Shown here one piece after another: positions 15,651 to 31,279 of a stretch of DNA of 64,000 bases. The DNA is from the human T2T-CHM13v2.0 reference genome, Homo sapiens. How positions within the stretch are numbered: position 1 is the first letter of the stretch; each line of letters opens with the position of its first letter. The notes under the pieces are model-generated. The model had not been told where the DNA came from, ran no database searches, and saw only the letters and a program-made list of their open reading frames with translations. The translations under genes and the position numbers were made by a program. The stretch lies in assembly GCF_009914755.1 (NCBI RefSeq), contig NC_060926.1, one strand, 5' to 3'.

Positions 15651-15858
15651 ATGTATATTATATATATTATATATAAAATGTATATTATATATATATATAA
15701 TGTATATTATATATTATATATAATGTATATTATATATATATATATAATATATATTATGTATATTATATATAATATATATTATATATATATATATAATATA
15801 TATTATATATATATATATATATATATGTATATTATATATTATAATATATAATATATAT

Positions 15859-15903
<45 letters not shown>

Positions 15904-16177
15904 TATATATTATATATTATATATTATATATATATTATATATTATATATATATATATTATATTATATATATATATTATAATATATAATATATATATAATA
16001 TATATTATATATAATATAATATATATTATATATAAATATATATTATATATATATATTATATATATATATATAATATATTATATATATATATATTATATTA
16101 TATAATATATATATATATTATATTATATAATATATATATATTATATAATATATATATATATATATTTATATATATAT

Positions 16178-16224
<47 letters not shown>

Positions 16225-16562
16225 TATATTATATTAAATATATATATTATATATTATATATTACATATTATATATAATATATTATATATTATATTAAATA
16301 TATATTTTATATATTATATATTATATATTATATAAAATATATATATTATATATTATATAAAATATATATATTATATATTATATATTATATTAAATATATA
16401 TATTTTATATATAATATATATAATATATAAAATATATAATATATTATATATAAATTATATATATTATATATAAAATATATAATATATATATTATATATAA
16501 ATATACATATTATAGATATCTATTCTTTATCCACTCTTCTTGGTTGATGGACATTTAGGTGT
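11790..16562 (-). mobile_element. L1PB-type 3' end split by the AT-rich array (L1 pieces 11790-12160 and 16518-16562)
   Basis: TTTTGGGGGAACAGGTGG...GAGTAGTATTCCATGGTGT on the left; TTCTTTATCCACTC...GATGGACATTTAGGT on the right. Confidence 0.85.
12160..16517. repeat. ~4.35 kb compound AT-rich array: degenerate (TA)n, ~40 copies of a 35-bp unit (~13430-14830), 29 copies of a 27-bp unit (14834-15616)
   Basis: 35-mer TAAAATGTATATTATATATAATTTTATATTATATA and 27-mer ATGTATATTATATATATTATATATAAA read directly. Confidence 0.97.
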
Positions 16563-16584
16563 TTTTTTAAAATGTAGTATAAAC

Positions 16585-16808
16585 CAGTAGTTCCTAAGAA
16601 GAGGGATTTTCCCCCAGGAGACATTTGGCAATGTCTGGCGACATTTTTGGTTGCCAGCACTTGGGAAGTGGTGCTACTGGCATCTAATGAATAGAGGCCA
16701 GCGGTGCTGCTAAACATTCTACAGTGTATACGACAGCACCCCTGCCCCTCCCCCAAACAAAGAATTATCTAGCCCAGAATGTTAATAGTGATAAATTTAG
16801 GGACCTGG
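16585..16808. mobile_element. MER20 DNA transposon
   Basis: CCCCAGGAGACATTTGGCAATGTCTGG...GCTACTGGCATCTA...AAAGAATTATCTAGCCC. Confidence 0.9.
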
Positions 16809-17296
16809 TATAGACAGAGATAAAGCACACATGGTTAAAGTTAACAATTGGTTAATCTAGGTGATGATGCCATATTCTAGACTTTGAAATTTTTTGTAAG
16901 AGTGAAAACTTTCAAAATAAAACATTTAGGGAGAAAGCACGTTTAAAAATATATAATAAAAGTCTGAGAGAGAAAAAAAAAAGTTGAACTGATGAAAAAA
17001 GTAGGCCATACACAGGAAAACAATGGCAAAAGCAGTCCTTTTTATTTTCTTCACTAACCAATGAGAATAAAGACAGGAAATTGTGCTCAATCTACTTGTT
17101 AGGCAACAAAAAAACACAACCACAGCAATAAGTGGGGGAGATTCTCACGTGTGATTTTTAGAAAGCTTCTTTTATGGTTTTACATATTTTCTATCAGGAT
17201 TTCATTGTGTGACAAATGGACTGTATAATTTTGTCATATTAAAAGTAAATCAAAATGAGCAAACTGGGAAACCAGCAGCTGGGTTTTTTTCCCCTA

Positions 17297-17494
<198 letters not shown>

Positions 17495-18039
17495 TTAATT
17501 AATTAAGAAAAATTTTTTCTTGAGCAGTTAATGTTTATGATAATACAGTATGATTGGTGTGGTACTTGTAAAACTGCAGTTTTAACTTTTTTTATTTCCA
17601 TCCGGCCCTGACTGGGTAAGGACAAGGAGGTATTGGAAAATGCAAACAGGTTCATGAAAAAAGTCAGTTTTACTTGTGGTAGAACTCAATATAAGGATGT
17701 CAAGCTTTTATTAGAAACCCAACCCGCATGCCTTGTTTATTACCTTCTTCTGTCTCAGCTGTTCTTTATAGTTTTTACTCTTTCTTCCTTTTCCAGCATT
17801 ATTTTATTGTGTAGAGTAATACTAGAATGGGTTGTTTTTTTTTTGTAATACATTCCGCTGTATTTTCCATGCCCAGTAATTCTTATTTCTCTGCAGCTCT
17901 CTGCCTGGAAAGACAGGCATCCAGTGCTTTGTGGGTCTGGTAGGTACAGCCGAGAATAAAGAAGTCAGAACTCAGCTTTGAATTTCAAAAGACTTTTTTC
18001 AAGCATAGAAGACTCAGAAGTCTTAACTGCTAGGCTTTC

Positions 18040-18745
18040 AACTGAGAAACGAAAATAAAATCCAAAGGTCCCCCCTGCAACTGACTAAAAGGACTCCCCT
18101 CTTGGCTAAGGAGATCCTAGAGAAATCTTAAAAGCTGAATTCCCAGCCATGATGGATTGGGAGGTCAGACATGCCCTGTTATACTCCCTCCCTTGCTACT
18201 TGCCATTATACTTCCACTCCTAAGTGTTAAACAGAAACAGGCCCTTTCTGAAGACTTGCTGGACTCTTCTTCCTTTTTGCAGTTTGACACAACAACTGAC
18301 CATCATTCCTTCCTGATAAGAGGCCACTAACCATGGACTGGTTCTGGCCGGTTTACAGAAGCTGCACACAGGATGCTTCTGTGTCCTCTGTTTCAGCTTT
18401 TGACGTATAGAGCCTAATTTTAATACATTTAAATGTTAAGTTTCCATCCTAAAGTGAACATAGGATGTAGGTAACATACATGTTAGCTTGCTGTGCATGA
18501 GTGCACTCCCCTTTTGTGAATATTCATAGCTCCTCCTATAGCCTGTTAAATGTATATACTTAGCTGACCCTTTCAGCCTAAATTCCTGTCTTACCCTTCC
18601 CTCCCTAGAAGTACCTGCTTCTGGTTTCTGCCAGAAGCTACCCTTCCCAGGCTGTGGGATGGCCAGCCTGCAGGCTGCAACCCTTTATAAGAAATAAAGC
18701 TCTCCTTTCCACATTCATGAACCTCGTGATTCTTCAGTTGGCACA
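18040..18745 (+). mobile_element. ERV1 solo LTR (MER4-group-like)
   Basis: GAAAATAAAATCC...CTCTTGGCTAAGG start; CTTTATAAGAAATAAAGCTCTCC...TCTTCAGTTGGCA end; subfamily uncertain. Confidence 0.7.
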
Positions 18746-19307
18746 ACAAAATGATAGAGGCACTTGAGGAAGAAAAAGGTCTTTTTAATTCCAAATTATT
18801 CCCTTTAGAGAATCTAGAACAGTGTTTATTAAATGAACTACCAGATATAGGAAGGAAGAAAAAGATAGGATATGAATGAAGTGCAGTACAGCATTCCCAC
18901 CCCAAAAGGGATTGAGAAGTTTGCCAGTTGGCGTGAAGAAGAGAATCCAAGAAGAGTAAAGGAGGGTTACATGAGGCATTTCCAAGAGGTCCTACCTCCA
19001 CCTTCCTCCAGTGTTGAAAGCCACAAACACATTTGATGATTTCGTGACAGAACGGACTTCTGCTGTATGTTCCACCTGGAAACGGTGGGACAAATAGGAC
19101 ATGCTATTTGTTTTAGGTGTGTGCCAATCACAGTAGAGTGGAAATGGGGTATGCTGTAGAGTGTTTAGGCAGAGTGGGCCTGAGAGGAGATTGAGTTACC
19201 CTACAATATCACCACTTGGTCAACTCCTATTTTCTTTTCCGTGAGCAGTGTGGAATTGGGAGAGGAATGAGACACACTGTAAAATTTAATCTTGCCCATT
19301 AAAAGTA

Positions 19308-19590
19308 CAGTCATCCCTTGGTATCTGCCAAAATTTGCAGATGCTCAAGTCCCTTATATAAAATTGTGCAATATTTACACACAACCTGTGCACATCTTTC
19401 CGTATACTTTAAATCATTTCTAAATTACTTATAATACTAATGCAATGTAAATGCTATGTAGTTATTATACTGTGTTGCTTTTTATATAATTTTTTATTGT
19501 TGTATTTCCATTTGTTTTTATTTTTCCTAGTATTTTTGACCCGCGGTTGCATCTGTGGATGCAGAACACACGGGTTCAGAGGGACAACCA
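19308..19590. mobile_element. MER2-like Tigger MITE
   Basis: CAGTCATCCCTTGGTATC...GATGCTCAAGTCCCTTATATAAAAT...GGATGCAGAAC. Confidence 0.8.
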
Positions 19591-19642
19591 TACTCCAGTC
19601 ATTTCCACATTAACTCAGGCTCAGCACGTTACTCAGTCTTTC

Positions 19643-19818
19643 AGGGTTAGAGATGCCAGAGAAAATACAAGATGCTCAGTTAAATTTAAATTTCAGATAA
19701 AAATGAATTTGTTTTAGTATAAGTGTGTTCTTTGCAAACATTGGGGACATATACCAAAAAACAATTTGCTATTTATCTGAAACTCAAGTATTTTATTTGC
19801 TAAATCTGGCAACTCTAC
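19643..19818. mobile_element. MER53-like palindromic hAT MITE
   Basis: CAGTTAAATTTAAATTTCAGATAA ... TTATCTGAAA ... GCTAAATCTGGCAAC. Confidence 0.75.
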
Positions 19819-21316
19819 TTGGAGTTGCTCCCTCTTTTTTCCCTTCTTCCTTTTTCCTGACATCCATGCAGAAAGGCGGCTGAAGTAACAGCAAGGCATC
19901 GGGGCAAGGCCCTAGGCCTGCATGCTTCCTTCCATTCCTAACAACCTTCCACTTTCCACTAATCCTCTCCTCTCACTGCACTCTTGGTTACTGTAATTTG
20001 CAGTCAGTTTTCTTAGCACAATCGGGGATTGAGGTATAGGAGTCTTCCTTCAGCTGACTCTGGCCCACCTCAATTTGCACTGTGGCTACTGTTACTCTAA
20101 AGACACTGCAGCAACCTCTATTGGGCTCTTGGTTTAGGCTCTCAATCCCACGGCTTCGGCTGTGAGGCTCCTTTGCTGTGTTCTCAGCTACTTCTACAGC
20201 TATCTCATGGGGTGGGGGGAACTCACTCAGATATCCCATGTCCCACTAAGCGGAGGGAAATTTAAGAGCTACCTTTCTCTGTCCGTCCCTTTTGGACATC
20301 CCATATGAACATATTGAAACTTTGTATGCTGTTTCAATCTCTAAATCCTTTTTTTGTTTTTTTCTTTTTGTGCTTCAATGTTGGCATTGTTCTATTGTTC
20401 TATTTTCCAGTACGTAAATGCTTTTTCAGTGTTATAAACTGCTATTAAGCCTATGCATACATTTCTGTTGTTGTATTTTTCAATTCTATAATTTCCATTT
20501 AGTTCTCTAGTTTTCTGGTAAACATCTTCATATTAATCTGTTTTCCTCATCTTTTCATCCATCTGCCTGGATTTTAAAATCATAGCTACTTAAAAATTCT
20601 TGCCTGCAAACTCCAGTAACTAAATCCCTGTGACTTTGCTTCTATGTTCTTCCACCCCTCCCAACCCGTGATTTCCAATCATTTAGTTCTGTCTTTTAGG
20701 ATGCTTGATAATGTTTTAAGTGCAGACATTGTATATGAAAAACTGAAGAGGCTCCAGATGACGTCATCTTCCTCTAGAGTGAATTCATCTTATCCTCCGT
20801 TAGGCAGTGGGGTTTGCTCACCTTAATCAAATCGGAGATTTACCTGAATTTAGGCTGGAGCCCATTGTACAGAGCCCACCAAAGATTTCAACTGAGAACC
20901 TGAGTTGTTTACCTTCCCTCTACTGGGTCCTCAACTGTAATCATTGTGTCCTCAGTAGTGTGAGACTGGGCAAAATCTCCTTTGCTTCTAAGAGGTTCTC
21001 TGCTTAGCTTCTTAGCTTACAGTCCCTCAGAGCTTCAGAATTTGGTAAATGTCTTGAGGAGAAAACTAGCCATATGTCCGATAATGTCTATAAAGCACTT
21101 AGCATAGAGTTGGCCATAGGGGAGTACTCTAGAAATGGGTTGTTGAAAAAAACAAACATTGGCTATATGAAAAAATGGGTCTTTTGGTGAAGAGACTTGG
21201 TGATTACCACCTCAACCAAATGATCAGACTTAACCATCTTGTATAGTAGAACCATCAGACATTATGTGCTTCTTATGTGATGTAATGAGAAGAATATTTC
21301 ATCACTTGCAGTATAA

Positions 21317-22008
<692 letters not shown>

Positions 22009-22919
22009 TCAATATCCTAAAAAATAAAACCAAAGCCAGGGGACACTTCTGGTTAAAAGAGAGCAAAGCGACAAAAAACTCAGATGCATGTATAAATATT
22101 TTCTTGTAGCCTAAATTGAAAAAAAGAATCTATAAAAGATATTCTGGGGGCCACTGGGGAATTTAAATATGGATTGTAAATTACATGATATTATTGAATT
22201 AATATAAGAATTTTTAGATGTGATAATGATATTGCATGTAGGAGTGTATTTTTAGGAGATACATGCTGAAGTATTTAGGGGTGAAGTATCATCATGTCTG
22301 CAACTTCTTTTCAATGTTTCAGCAAAGATGAATAAATAAACAAAACAAACATAGAAACATGTTAACAACTTGTATTTCTAGGTGGATGGTGTACAAAATA
22401 GTGATTTGTCATATATTTTTACTTTTCTGTGGGTTTGAAATTTTTCCAGTGAAAAACTTGGAGGGACATTCTTGGCTCTTTCATCTAAGTTATTCATTCT
22501 AAGTTTCTGAAGTCATTTGATAAACATTTATTGAGTACCTACTATGTATGACACATTCTTGTAAGTGCTGGGAAGTGGTGATTAAATAGATGGAAAACAT
22601 CATTCTCTTTCAGTTTCCTCATCCATAAAATGGATATAGAGTAAGCATACATCGTGTAAGAACAATGCTTGGTACAAGAAGGCATTCAATTAATGTCAGC
22701 TGTTATAATTAATCAGCTTCGTCCATTGTTGATCTGATTTCATCAATTTGATGTTTTTGGTCTTAAACTCTAAATAAAAATGTGTGATCTTCCATCTTAT
22801 GTATTCTTCCCAACCCATTTCCTTAAGTTGCTACTCATCTTACTTTCATTAATATTACTAGGGCATTTGAAGTCTTGGAGAGAAGACATGATATAAAGTC
22901 AAAGCAAAGATGAAGTTAA

Positions 22920-23238
<319 letters not shown>

Positions 23239-23799
23239 ATAGTTTTAAAATTAGGTTTGTACATATGCAAGTAGCCTCAGGTCGAAAGTTTATATTCACA
23301 GAGATTTTACTGATGATTATGTTCTGGTCTAAGATTGGGTTATAAACCAGAAGAAGCTAAAAAAAAAAGGTTTCTAAATTTATTTTTCTAAATACTAGAT
23401 CTTAAACTGATTTAAAACACTCAAAATTCCTTAATACTCTTCCCCAAGAATCTTGCTTCTTGTACACAGGGTGCACACTTAACATGTTATTTTATCTATG
23501 AGTAAGAACATTCCTTCCTTCCATGCTGCTCCACCCACTCATGTTTTCAGATGCTAATGGCTTGGCCTGATAAATGCATGGTTCATTCTAAGCCCATACC
23601 ATAAATTTATCACTAAGTTCCAAAGGTTTCCTTTCAGTGTAGACCTTGATCATAGCACATAATTTGTTAGTTATTTTAGTGCAATAGCACTAAAAAAATC
23701 GAAGTTAATGTTCATTCACATAATTTGCAAAGCTAATACTTAAAACTGATGGAAGTAATTCAATAATTCAAAATAATAAGTGATATTTTTGAGGTTAAG

Positions 23800-23843
23800 T
23801 TTATTTTCAAGAGTTCAAAACAATAAAACAAAACATTTTTATT
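23800..23843 (-). terminator. FBXO48: Candidate distal FBXO48 poly(A) signals
   Basis: Minus-strand AATAAA at 23800-23805 and 23838-23843; fits my recollection of a ~7.9 kb gene span, which cannot be verified here. Confidence 0.5.
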
Positions 23844-24029
23844 TTCCTATTTCCCTCTTACAGGTTTGGAGAAGACTGGAACAATTATTCATACATTTGT
23901 ATTACTATCAAGCATCCCACATACCTTAAGGATTGTATACTGCATTTTGATACAATCTTCTTCACTAACAATATAGTAAATTATTTTTATACATTCTGTG
24001 TAGGATTAAAATAAATAACTATAGAAATA

Positions 24030-25420
24030 ATTTAACAAATCTTTATAGAGCATCTAGTGTGTGCCAGGTTTTGAAGACACAAAAATAAATAAAAAATGGT
24101 CCCTGCCATTAAGAAGTTCACAGTGTAAAGGGGCAAACACACAAATAAAATAGACAATTTAATGTCATATGACAGTTTTGAGAGAGGTCTATACAAAGAA
24201 CTACAAGAACATCTAAAAAGTCACTTAATCCAGAACAGTAGAAGTTATGGATTGTTTCCAGGCCAAGATGATAAGTTTTACAATAGATTTTTGCCAAGAA
24301 AAGAATCAATGGTGGGGATTACTCCAGGTATATCAAACAGCCTGTGCAAAGGCAGAGAAGTGAGAAAATTTTTATGAAATAGTTTTGTAAGACTGAACAG
24401 AAAGATATAGGGTGGGACAGTGGTTAGAGAACAGGCTGGAGAGGTAGGCCAGACCACATCATTAAAGGCCCTATGGGCTTTAGTGGGGAATTTTGATTTC
24501 TACCTGTATGCAGTCAGGAGTTTAAGTTAGGGTGACGTGCTAAATTTGGGGTTTAACAAAGACTACACTGCTAACAGTAAAAGGAAGGAACTGGAGGCAG
24601 GAACACCAGTAAGAGGTTATTTTAGAAATCCCAATGTCAAATAAGGACAAGAATTAAGTAATGAGGCAGAGATAAAGATGGGGAAGAGGTGAATTACTTA
24701 GATATTTGGATGATAAAATCAAGTAAGAATTGACTCGGCTGGACTTGGAGAATGATGGAGAAAAGTAAAATATGGTGATTTTCTAACAGGACATGCCATT
24801 CACTGAGATAGGAACTGGAGGAAGAACTACTTTTATGAGATGGTAAGTTTTGATTCAGGTGCTTATATATAAACTATCTTTGGATATATCAAATATTTTA
24901 TATATATATATATATACTTATACTATCTTTGGATAAAAATCCAAAAGATAATAGCATATGTATTTCTGGAACATCTCATGGAGATCTGATGTTGGGACAC
25001 GGACATAGACGGCATTAGCACCAACAATGGTAGCTGACATAGGAGTTGTAGATGGGATCACCAAGGATGTTAGAGTATAGAGACGAGATGACAACAGGTG
25101 GAACTTTGGGGGAACACTAACATGTAATGAGTAGGTGAAGGAAAGCGAGTCTTTGGAGGAAACTGAGAAGACGGGTTAGAGTAGGGAAAGAAAAGTCCAA
25201 GAGACTATAGTTCCAACCCATGGAGGAGAGAGTTTTAAGAAGTACTTATGTGTGTCAGTGTGAGTGTTTATGTGTGTCAAATATATTAACAAGTAGAATG
25301 CATCCAGTGGATTTAGACATTAAGTCACTTGTAATTTGGATACCAACAGTTTCAACCATATGGAGTGATGGCCATATTATAGCAGATTAAGACTGACTGG
25401 TGAGGAAGTCAGAGTGAAAT
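24030..25420 (+). mobile_element. Degraded L2 LINE
   Basis: GAGCATCTAGTGTGTGCCAGG, ATGGTCCCTGCC, GCCATTCACTGAGATAGG motifs. Confidence 0.6.
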
Positions 25421-25643
25421 CTAAGATGTTAATGTAAGCCACAAATAATACATATTTGAAAAATGGGCAACGAAACCACATCAGGTGGGGGTCCCAGTAT
25501 GATGGTGAAACTCAATTTGAATTAATTTAGGTAAGCAGATAAGGAATGGCTGGGACCAGGGTCTGGAATATAATCAGGCCTCTTTCCCTGCAATTGTTCT
25601 TTCCCCTGGTGGCTCCACATTCTCTTACTTAAGATCCGTTTTC

Positions 25644-25957
<314 letters not shown>

Positions 25958-26051
25958 AAGATCCGTTTTCTTTGTGTGGCAGGGAACAGTTTCATCAGCA
26001 AAGAGGAAAGGGCTTCTTTCTTCCAACTTATGAAAAGGGGGGATTGGGTCA

Positions 26052-26430
<379 letters not shown>

Positions 26431-26695
26431 GCCCCCCACCCCGGCCAAAAAAAACCACACACTTGGTTGGAAGTGAGAAGGGTGAGTCTCCCTAATTAGG
26501 ATAACTTCTATTAACAGATGATGATGATAGATTGTAAGGGGGCTGGACAAAAATAATAAACATCCATTACAAAAAAACAGCTAAAAATATATGTGTACAT
26601 TTACTATTGTACACAGATGCTATTCAGCAAAATGCTTATAGCTTTAATTTTTCCCATACTTTGAAAATTTCCAAGTGCTTTCTTATCTTTTATGA

Positions 26696-27019
<324 letters not shown>

Positions 27020-28570
27020 CCTTTCTTTTGTTAAGAGTAAATGGGCAGAAGAGAATGTTGTTGGGTCTAGAAATTATACTCTATGATCATCAGTGGAATT
27101 GGAGAGAAGACATAGGAAGAGACAGGCTATCAGTCTTCAAATATCTGGCAATCATAGACAGGAAGGACTGAATCAGCCTGGTTCTAGAGGGTGGAAGTGG
27201 GGCTAGAAGGCAAACGTTACAGAGAGGTGGTCTTCAGTGCAAGCCTAGACTACAACTGGACTGTTCTGTGACATAACAGAGATGCTATTAGTAGAAGTAC
27301 AGGATTTCAGCTTGGGCTGGCTGACTGACAGTGTTCCTATTGAGAAAATTACTGAATAGTCCTGGACACTTGACTGCCTGATTTTCAAGGACTCTTCCAA
27401 CTCTAAGAAGATAGTAGGAGACAATTAATTATCTACTGCTTGATTCAACATACAGAATTTGCATATAGTGGGGCATCTTTCTAATATTTGCCTATTTGTT
27501 AAATATTGGTTTCCTGGATTCTTATATTTAATGCTATAGAGAACAGTTTTTAAGAAGAAAACCCCACACTAACTAAAGCAGTTTGTAGACACTTTTTTAC
27601 TATGGTGGTAACCACAGATTCAGAATAAACAATTTGTTATAGTGAGTAGCATATAATCTGTTTTTATGAAAAAAGAGAAACAAAAGTTTTTAAAAGTTAA
27701 AATAAAGGTTCCTAAAAAGTTATAAACTTTAACAAAGACAAGTGTTAAGGATTCTTTAGAATAACAGTTTTCTTTTTAATATGGAGAAAACAAAAAGGAG
27801 CTGAAAGTCCTTTGTCTTGCTATCTAAGAATAGCACACTAGATGGTGCTATAAGGCTGTCAGAAAGAGAGTTTTACCAGGCTAGTGTGGCATTCTGATGG
27901 TAAAGTGTTCTGGAAACTTTCCACTTACTTTCAGCTCCTGAGAGCCGTTCCAGGTTTATATAAAATTAATGGGAATCTCAATTGGACAAACTTTAGCCCT
28001 GAGATGACATTAACTTAAAACTAAACCACAGGCTTAACACATTAAAAATAGTTTCACTATTTGACATTTCAATCTGATTCCACTGAAATAGAAATGTTAA
28101 AGTCATTAAAATGTCAATGTATTAATTTAAATGTATTGCTATTAATTTCACTTAGCTAGTCTTCCCATGAGCCTAGTTATAACCACCACTTAATGAATCT
28201 TTAAGTCAGTTTAAAGTGGCTTCCTGAAATTTTGAATTATCATTAAGCTGAACATACAAATCACTCTTACATTTAGTATTGCAAATATATTAACACAAAT
28301 ACATGAAACATTGTATTTGGAAATCACTCTATCAGTATATTATTTCTTATAAAAATAACATTTCATGATTTTTCCACATTACAATAAAACCAGAAAAATT
28401 TTACTAAAGTGCAAAACAAAAATAAAGCTTTACTTTTATAATAGTTCCATTTCATTTTCTTTTAAAAAGGTGAACAACAAAATGAACGAATAAAGATATC
28501 GCTTTTGCAACCTAAGAGTCATTTAAGTTTTAAACTTTCAAAGACCTGAGATTTGTGATTTTTTTTCCCC

Positions 28571-28732
28571 TTATCTTTCCAGTTCTGCTTCTAGAATTTC
28601 CCCCCATGTATCTGCATCCATTGGGTACATGATTTTTTCTGGTAGGCTAATGGGAGAACAAATGTTGCTGTATCTGCCACTTAGCCATTCGTGTTTCACT
28701 TTACTCTTCTGGTAATTCCTCAGCAGTATCAC
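28571..28732 (-). CDS. FBXO48: FBXO48 last coding exon (aa 103-155 plus stop)
   Basis: Acceptor tctttcag, then VILLRNYQKSKVKHEWLSGRYSNICSPISLPEKIMYPMDADTWGEILEAELER-TAA, in frame (phase 0) with the upstream exon. Confidence 0.95.
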   Translation of the reverse strand: MILLRNYQKSKVKHEWLSGRYSNICSPISLPEKIMYPMDADTWGEILEAELER

Positions 28733-29201
28733 CTGAAAGAGGTAAATCACCGTTAAAAAAGACTGTAGTAGGTGGTTGGTTAGTGAATGTGTTTAAAGCA
28801 AGAGAAGCAGATTGACAGGGCTGAAAAAAAGAGTATTTACATTTATATATACGTACATTAATAAATGTATGTGTCTGTGTACGTGTGTGTATGTATATGT
28901 GTATTTATACTGAGTGGCATAAGGTGAAGTGGAAAGAAGGAGCTAATTCCCTTCTGGTTAACGCAGGAAAATTCCCGAATTTAGAATTTTAAAAATGCAA
29001 AAGGATAAATGAAAGATAGTGTGGAAACAGTGTGGTTAGCAGGAAAAGACTAATAACTTTAACTCATTTCCAAGAGTCAACACACTGTCTGTGTTATTCT
29101 GCATATGTAATTCTGACTCCTCCAAGCAGAAGTTAGAATTGGCGCAAACCTGCTATCATAACGCTGTCAACAACACTGCAGATCGCAAAGATTAAACTTA
29201 C

Positions 29202-29507
29202 CCTCCAGGAATAACCACTTTCTAGATCATCATCTATTTCTCTTCGGCACACAGCTCTTACAGTCATGCAGTGAGGTTTCCATAAAGAGTCACTGTTTCT
29301 TATTGTGTCATTCCAGCTCCTGCATGTCAATGAAGCCCTGCACAGACTCCGAATGTCCAGCTGACTGAAAATTTTAAAAGTGATTTCTGCAGGCAGCAGT
29401 TCAAAAAAGTTGTTTTGACTCTCATTTTTTTCCTTCTCAGCATCCACAGAGTTCGCTTCTGTGTGAGAAACTCTTAAATTATTGTTTCTCTTGGAGTTTT
29501 TATGCAT
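29202..29507 (-). CDS. FBXO48: FBXO48 first coding exon (aa 1-102, F-box domain); exon starts at 29540
   Basis: MHKNSKRNN...F-box LLPAEITFKIFSQLDIRSLCRASLTCRSW...GYSWR, then donor GTAAGT; acceptor ttttgccttttag before 29540; total 155 aa. Confidence 0.96.
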
Positions 29508-29779
29508 AGCTTAATGTTTTAAGTTATCCTCATATGTAACCTAAAAGGCAAAATTTAAACATGCTCAGTCTCCAAATAGGAGTATAAATCCTACTTTAAG
29601 TCAGATGCTTTTTGGGTATAATTTAAGAACTCTTTCTTGACTTTAGCTTCTCAATCTGTAAAATGGGCCAATGCTGCCGCTCTCCTGAAAGTTCTTGCAA
29701 GGATTAACAGTGATAGTGGGTAAAATATCTAGTCTTGCTACATCTGAATTGCACATGGGAGGCACCCAACATGTTAGTT

Positions 29780-30051
29780 TCACTCTCACCCAGGCTGGAG
29801 TGCAGATGTGTCATAATAGCTCACTGCAGCCTCAAACTCCAGCCTCAAGCGATTCTCTTGACTCAGCGTACCCCGCCCCTCTTTAAAAAAAAAAAAAAGA
29901 AAAAAAAAAAAACAGAAAACCAAAAACTGTTTTACGGAGAAATGGTTCTTGCTATGTTGTCCAGGCTGGTCTTGAACTCTTGTCCTCAAGCAATCCTTCT
30001 GCCTCAGCCTCCCAGAGTGCTGGGATGACAGGTATGAGCCACCATACCCGG
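29780..30051 (-). mobile_element. AluJ with an opposite-polarity A tract in its centre
   Basis: Antisense Alu arms flank a plus-strand A run at 29885-29927. Confidence 0.8.
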
Positions 30052-31279
30052 TACTTTTGTACCTTTGAAAATGTATATGAGTCAATCCTATTAAACTCCT
30101 GAATACTTGTTGTACATGGGAACTGATGCCTCATCATTAATTTGCAATTTGTGACTTAATCATAAACTTGCTGGACTTCTAGTTGTTTATATAAGAATTT
30201 TATCTACTTGTATCTTATAGGTAGGTAGGTGCTTACATTTGACACAACTACTATCTGAAATGGACAAGAAGATGAGATCTGGATTATGAAACAAAGTCTC
30301 AAATATTCAACTCAGTCATAAGAGTAGTGTTTTAGAAATGGCCCCTTGAAGCTATCCTACATGCATAATTACAAGCTAAGGATAATAGTCACTGAAGACA
30401 TCAAGCAACAGTGAGTGACAACTGTAAACAATGTTTAGAACTCAGCTAGGTACAGTATGTGACTCTTTGAAGCCCAGATTTAAAGCTCAGTTTCAGCTAA
30501 TTTACCTAAGGTGAATGGTGTAGGCTTCCCAAATCAGTTGAAAGCATGACTGGGTACATCACCATCCTTGAGTTACTTTTGTATATAAAGACAGCTTGTA
30601 TTCACTTAAAATCAGTTTATTCCATTTTGCACTTCCTTTTATAACGGGGGTTGGTTGTGCAAGAGGAGAGGTTTGAGGTAAATACTTCTTTTAACTCAGC
30701 TGAACACAAATCTCTTTTCTAGACGAGCTACTCAGCTATGTTTTCGGACTTGCCAAGACCACGGTGGCTCCCATTCATGATCCAGATTAGCTGTGGTGGC
30801 TGGAACTGCAGTCTGTGTTCAACAGAGGTCTTCTTCTTGAGGGTTAGGAGAAGTAAGAAAGCAAACGTAAAAACGGGTGAGTCAAGAGCAAGTTTTTGCC
30901 ATGCACCTTGGCCCCTCCCACCACCAATACAAACCAAAGCCAAACCACAACGTTCTTGAAAAGAATCTCACATTAGGAAAACGTTACAGTGCATTTAAAC
31001 GTTACAGTGTGTTTATCCACTTCTCCCAGGATCTTACTGGGAGAATAAAATGCGTCCCCTTGTGGAATTCCTGTAACGGGAATGAAGGCTTTTGAATTTC
31101 ACAGCAGGGGATACCTTTGCGAGTTTCTAAAATCCCACTAGGAATCTTTCTTCTACGTCCAGGTTCGCCTGGATGCCTGGAAACGACCCCTCTTCTGCCC
31201 TTTCTCCTTTATGAACTGAGCTTTCCTGAATTCTCTCTCAAGTGAAGTAAAAGCTCGTCCCCCTTTCAACTATCATTCG

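Noticed and set aside
14834-15676. 280-aa ORF (MYIIYIIYK)n
   Set aside because: A stop-free frame of the 27-bp VNTR; no promoter, splice or compositional support
27833-27850. CTCF-like CACACTAGATGGTGC
   Set aside because: Mismatch at the conserved CC of the core; too weak without binding data
29133-29201. Read-through extension of the FBXO48 exon to 124 aa
   Set aside because: Consensus GTAAGT donor and an in-frame downstream exon explain the gene; no evidence of intron retention
30700-31100. Possible non-coding FBXO48 5' exon
   Set aside because: Splice boundaries could not be fixed from sequence alone
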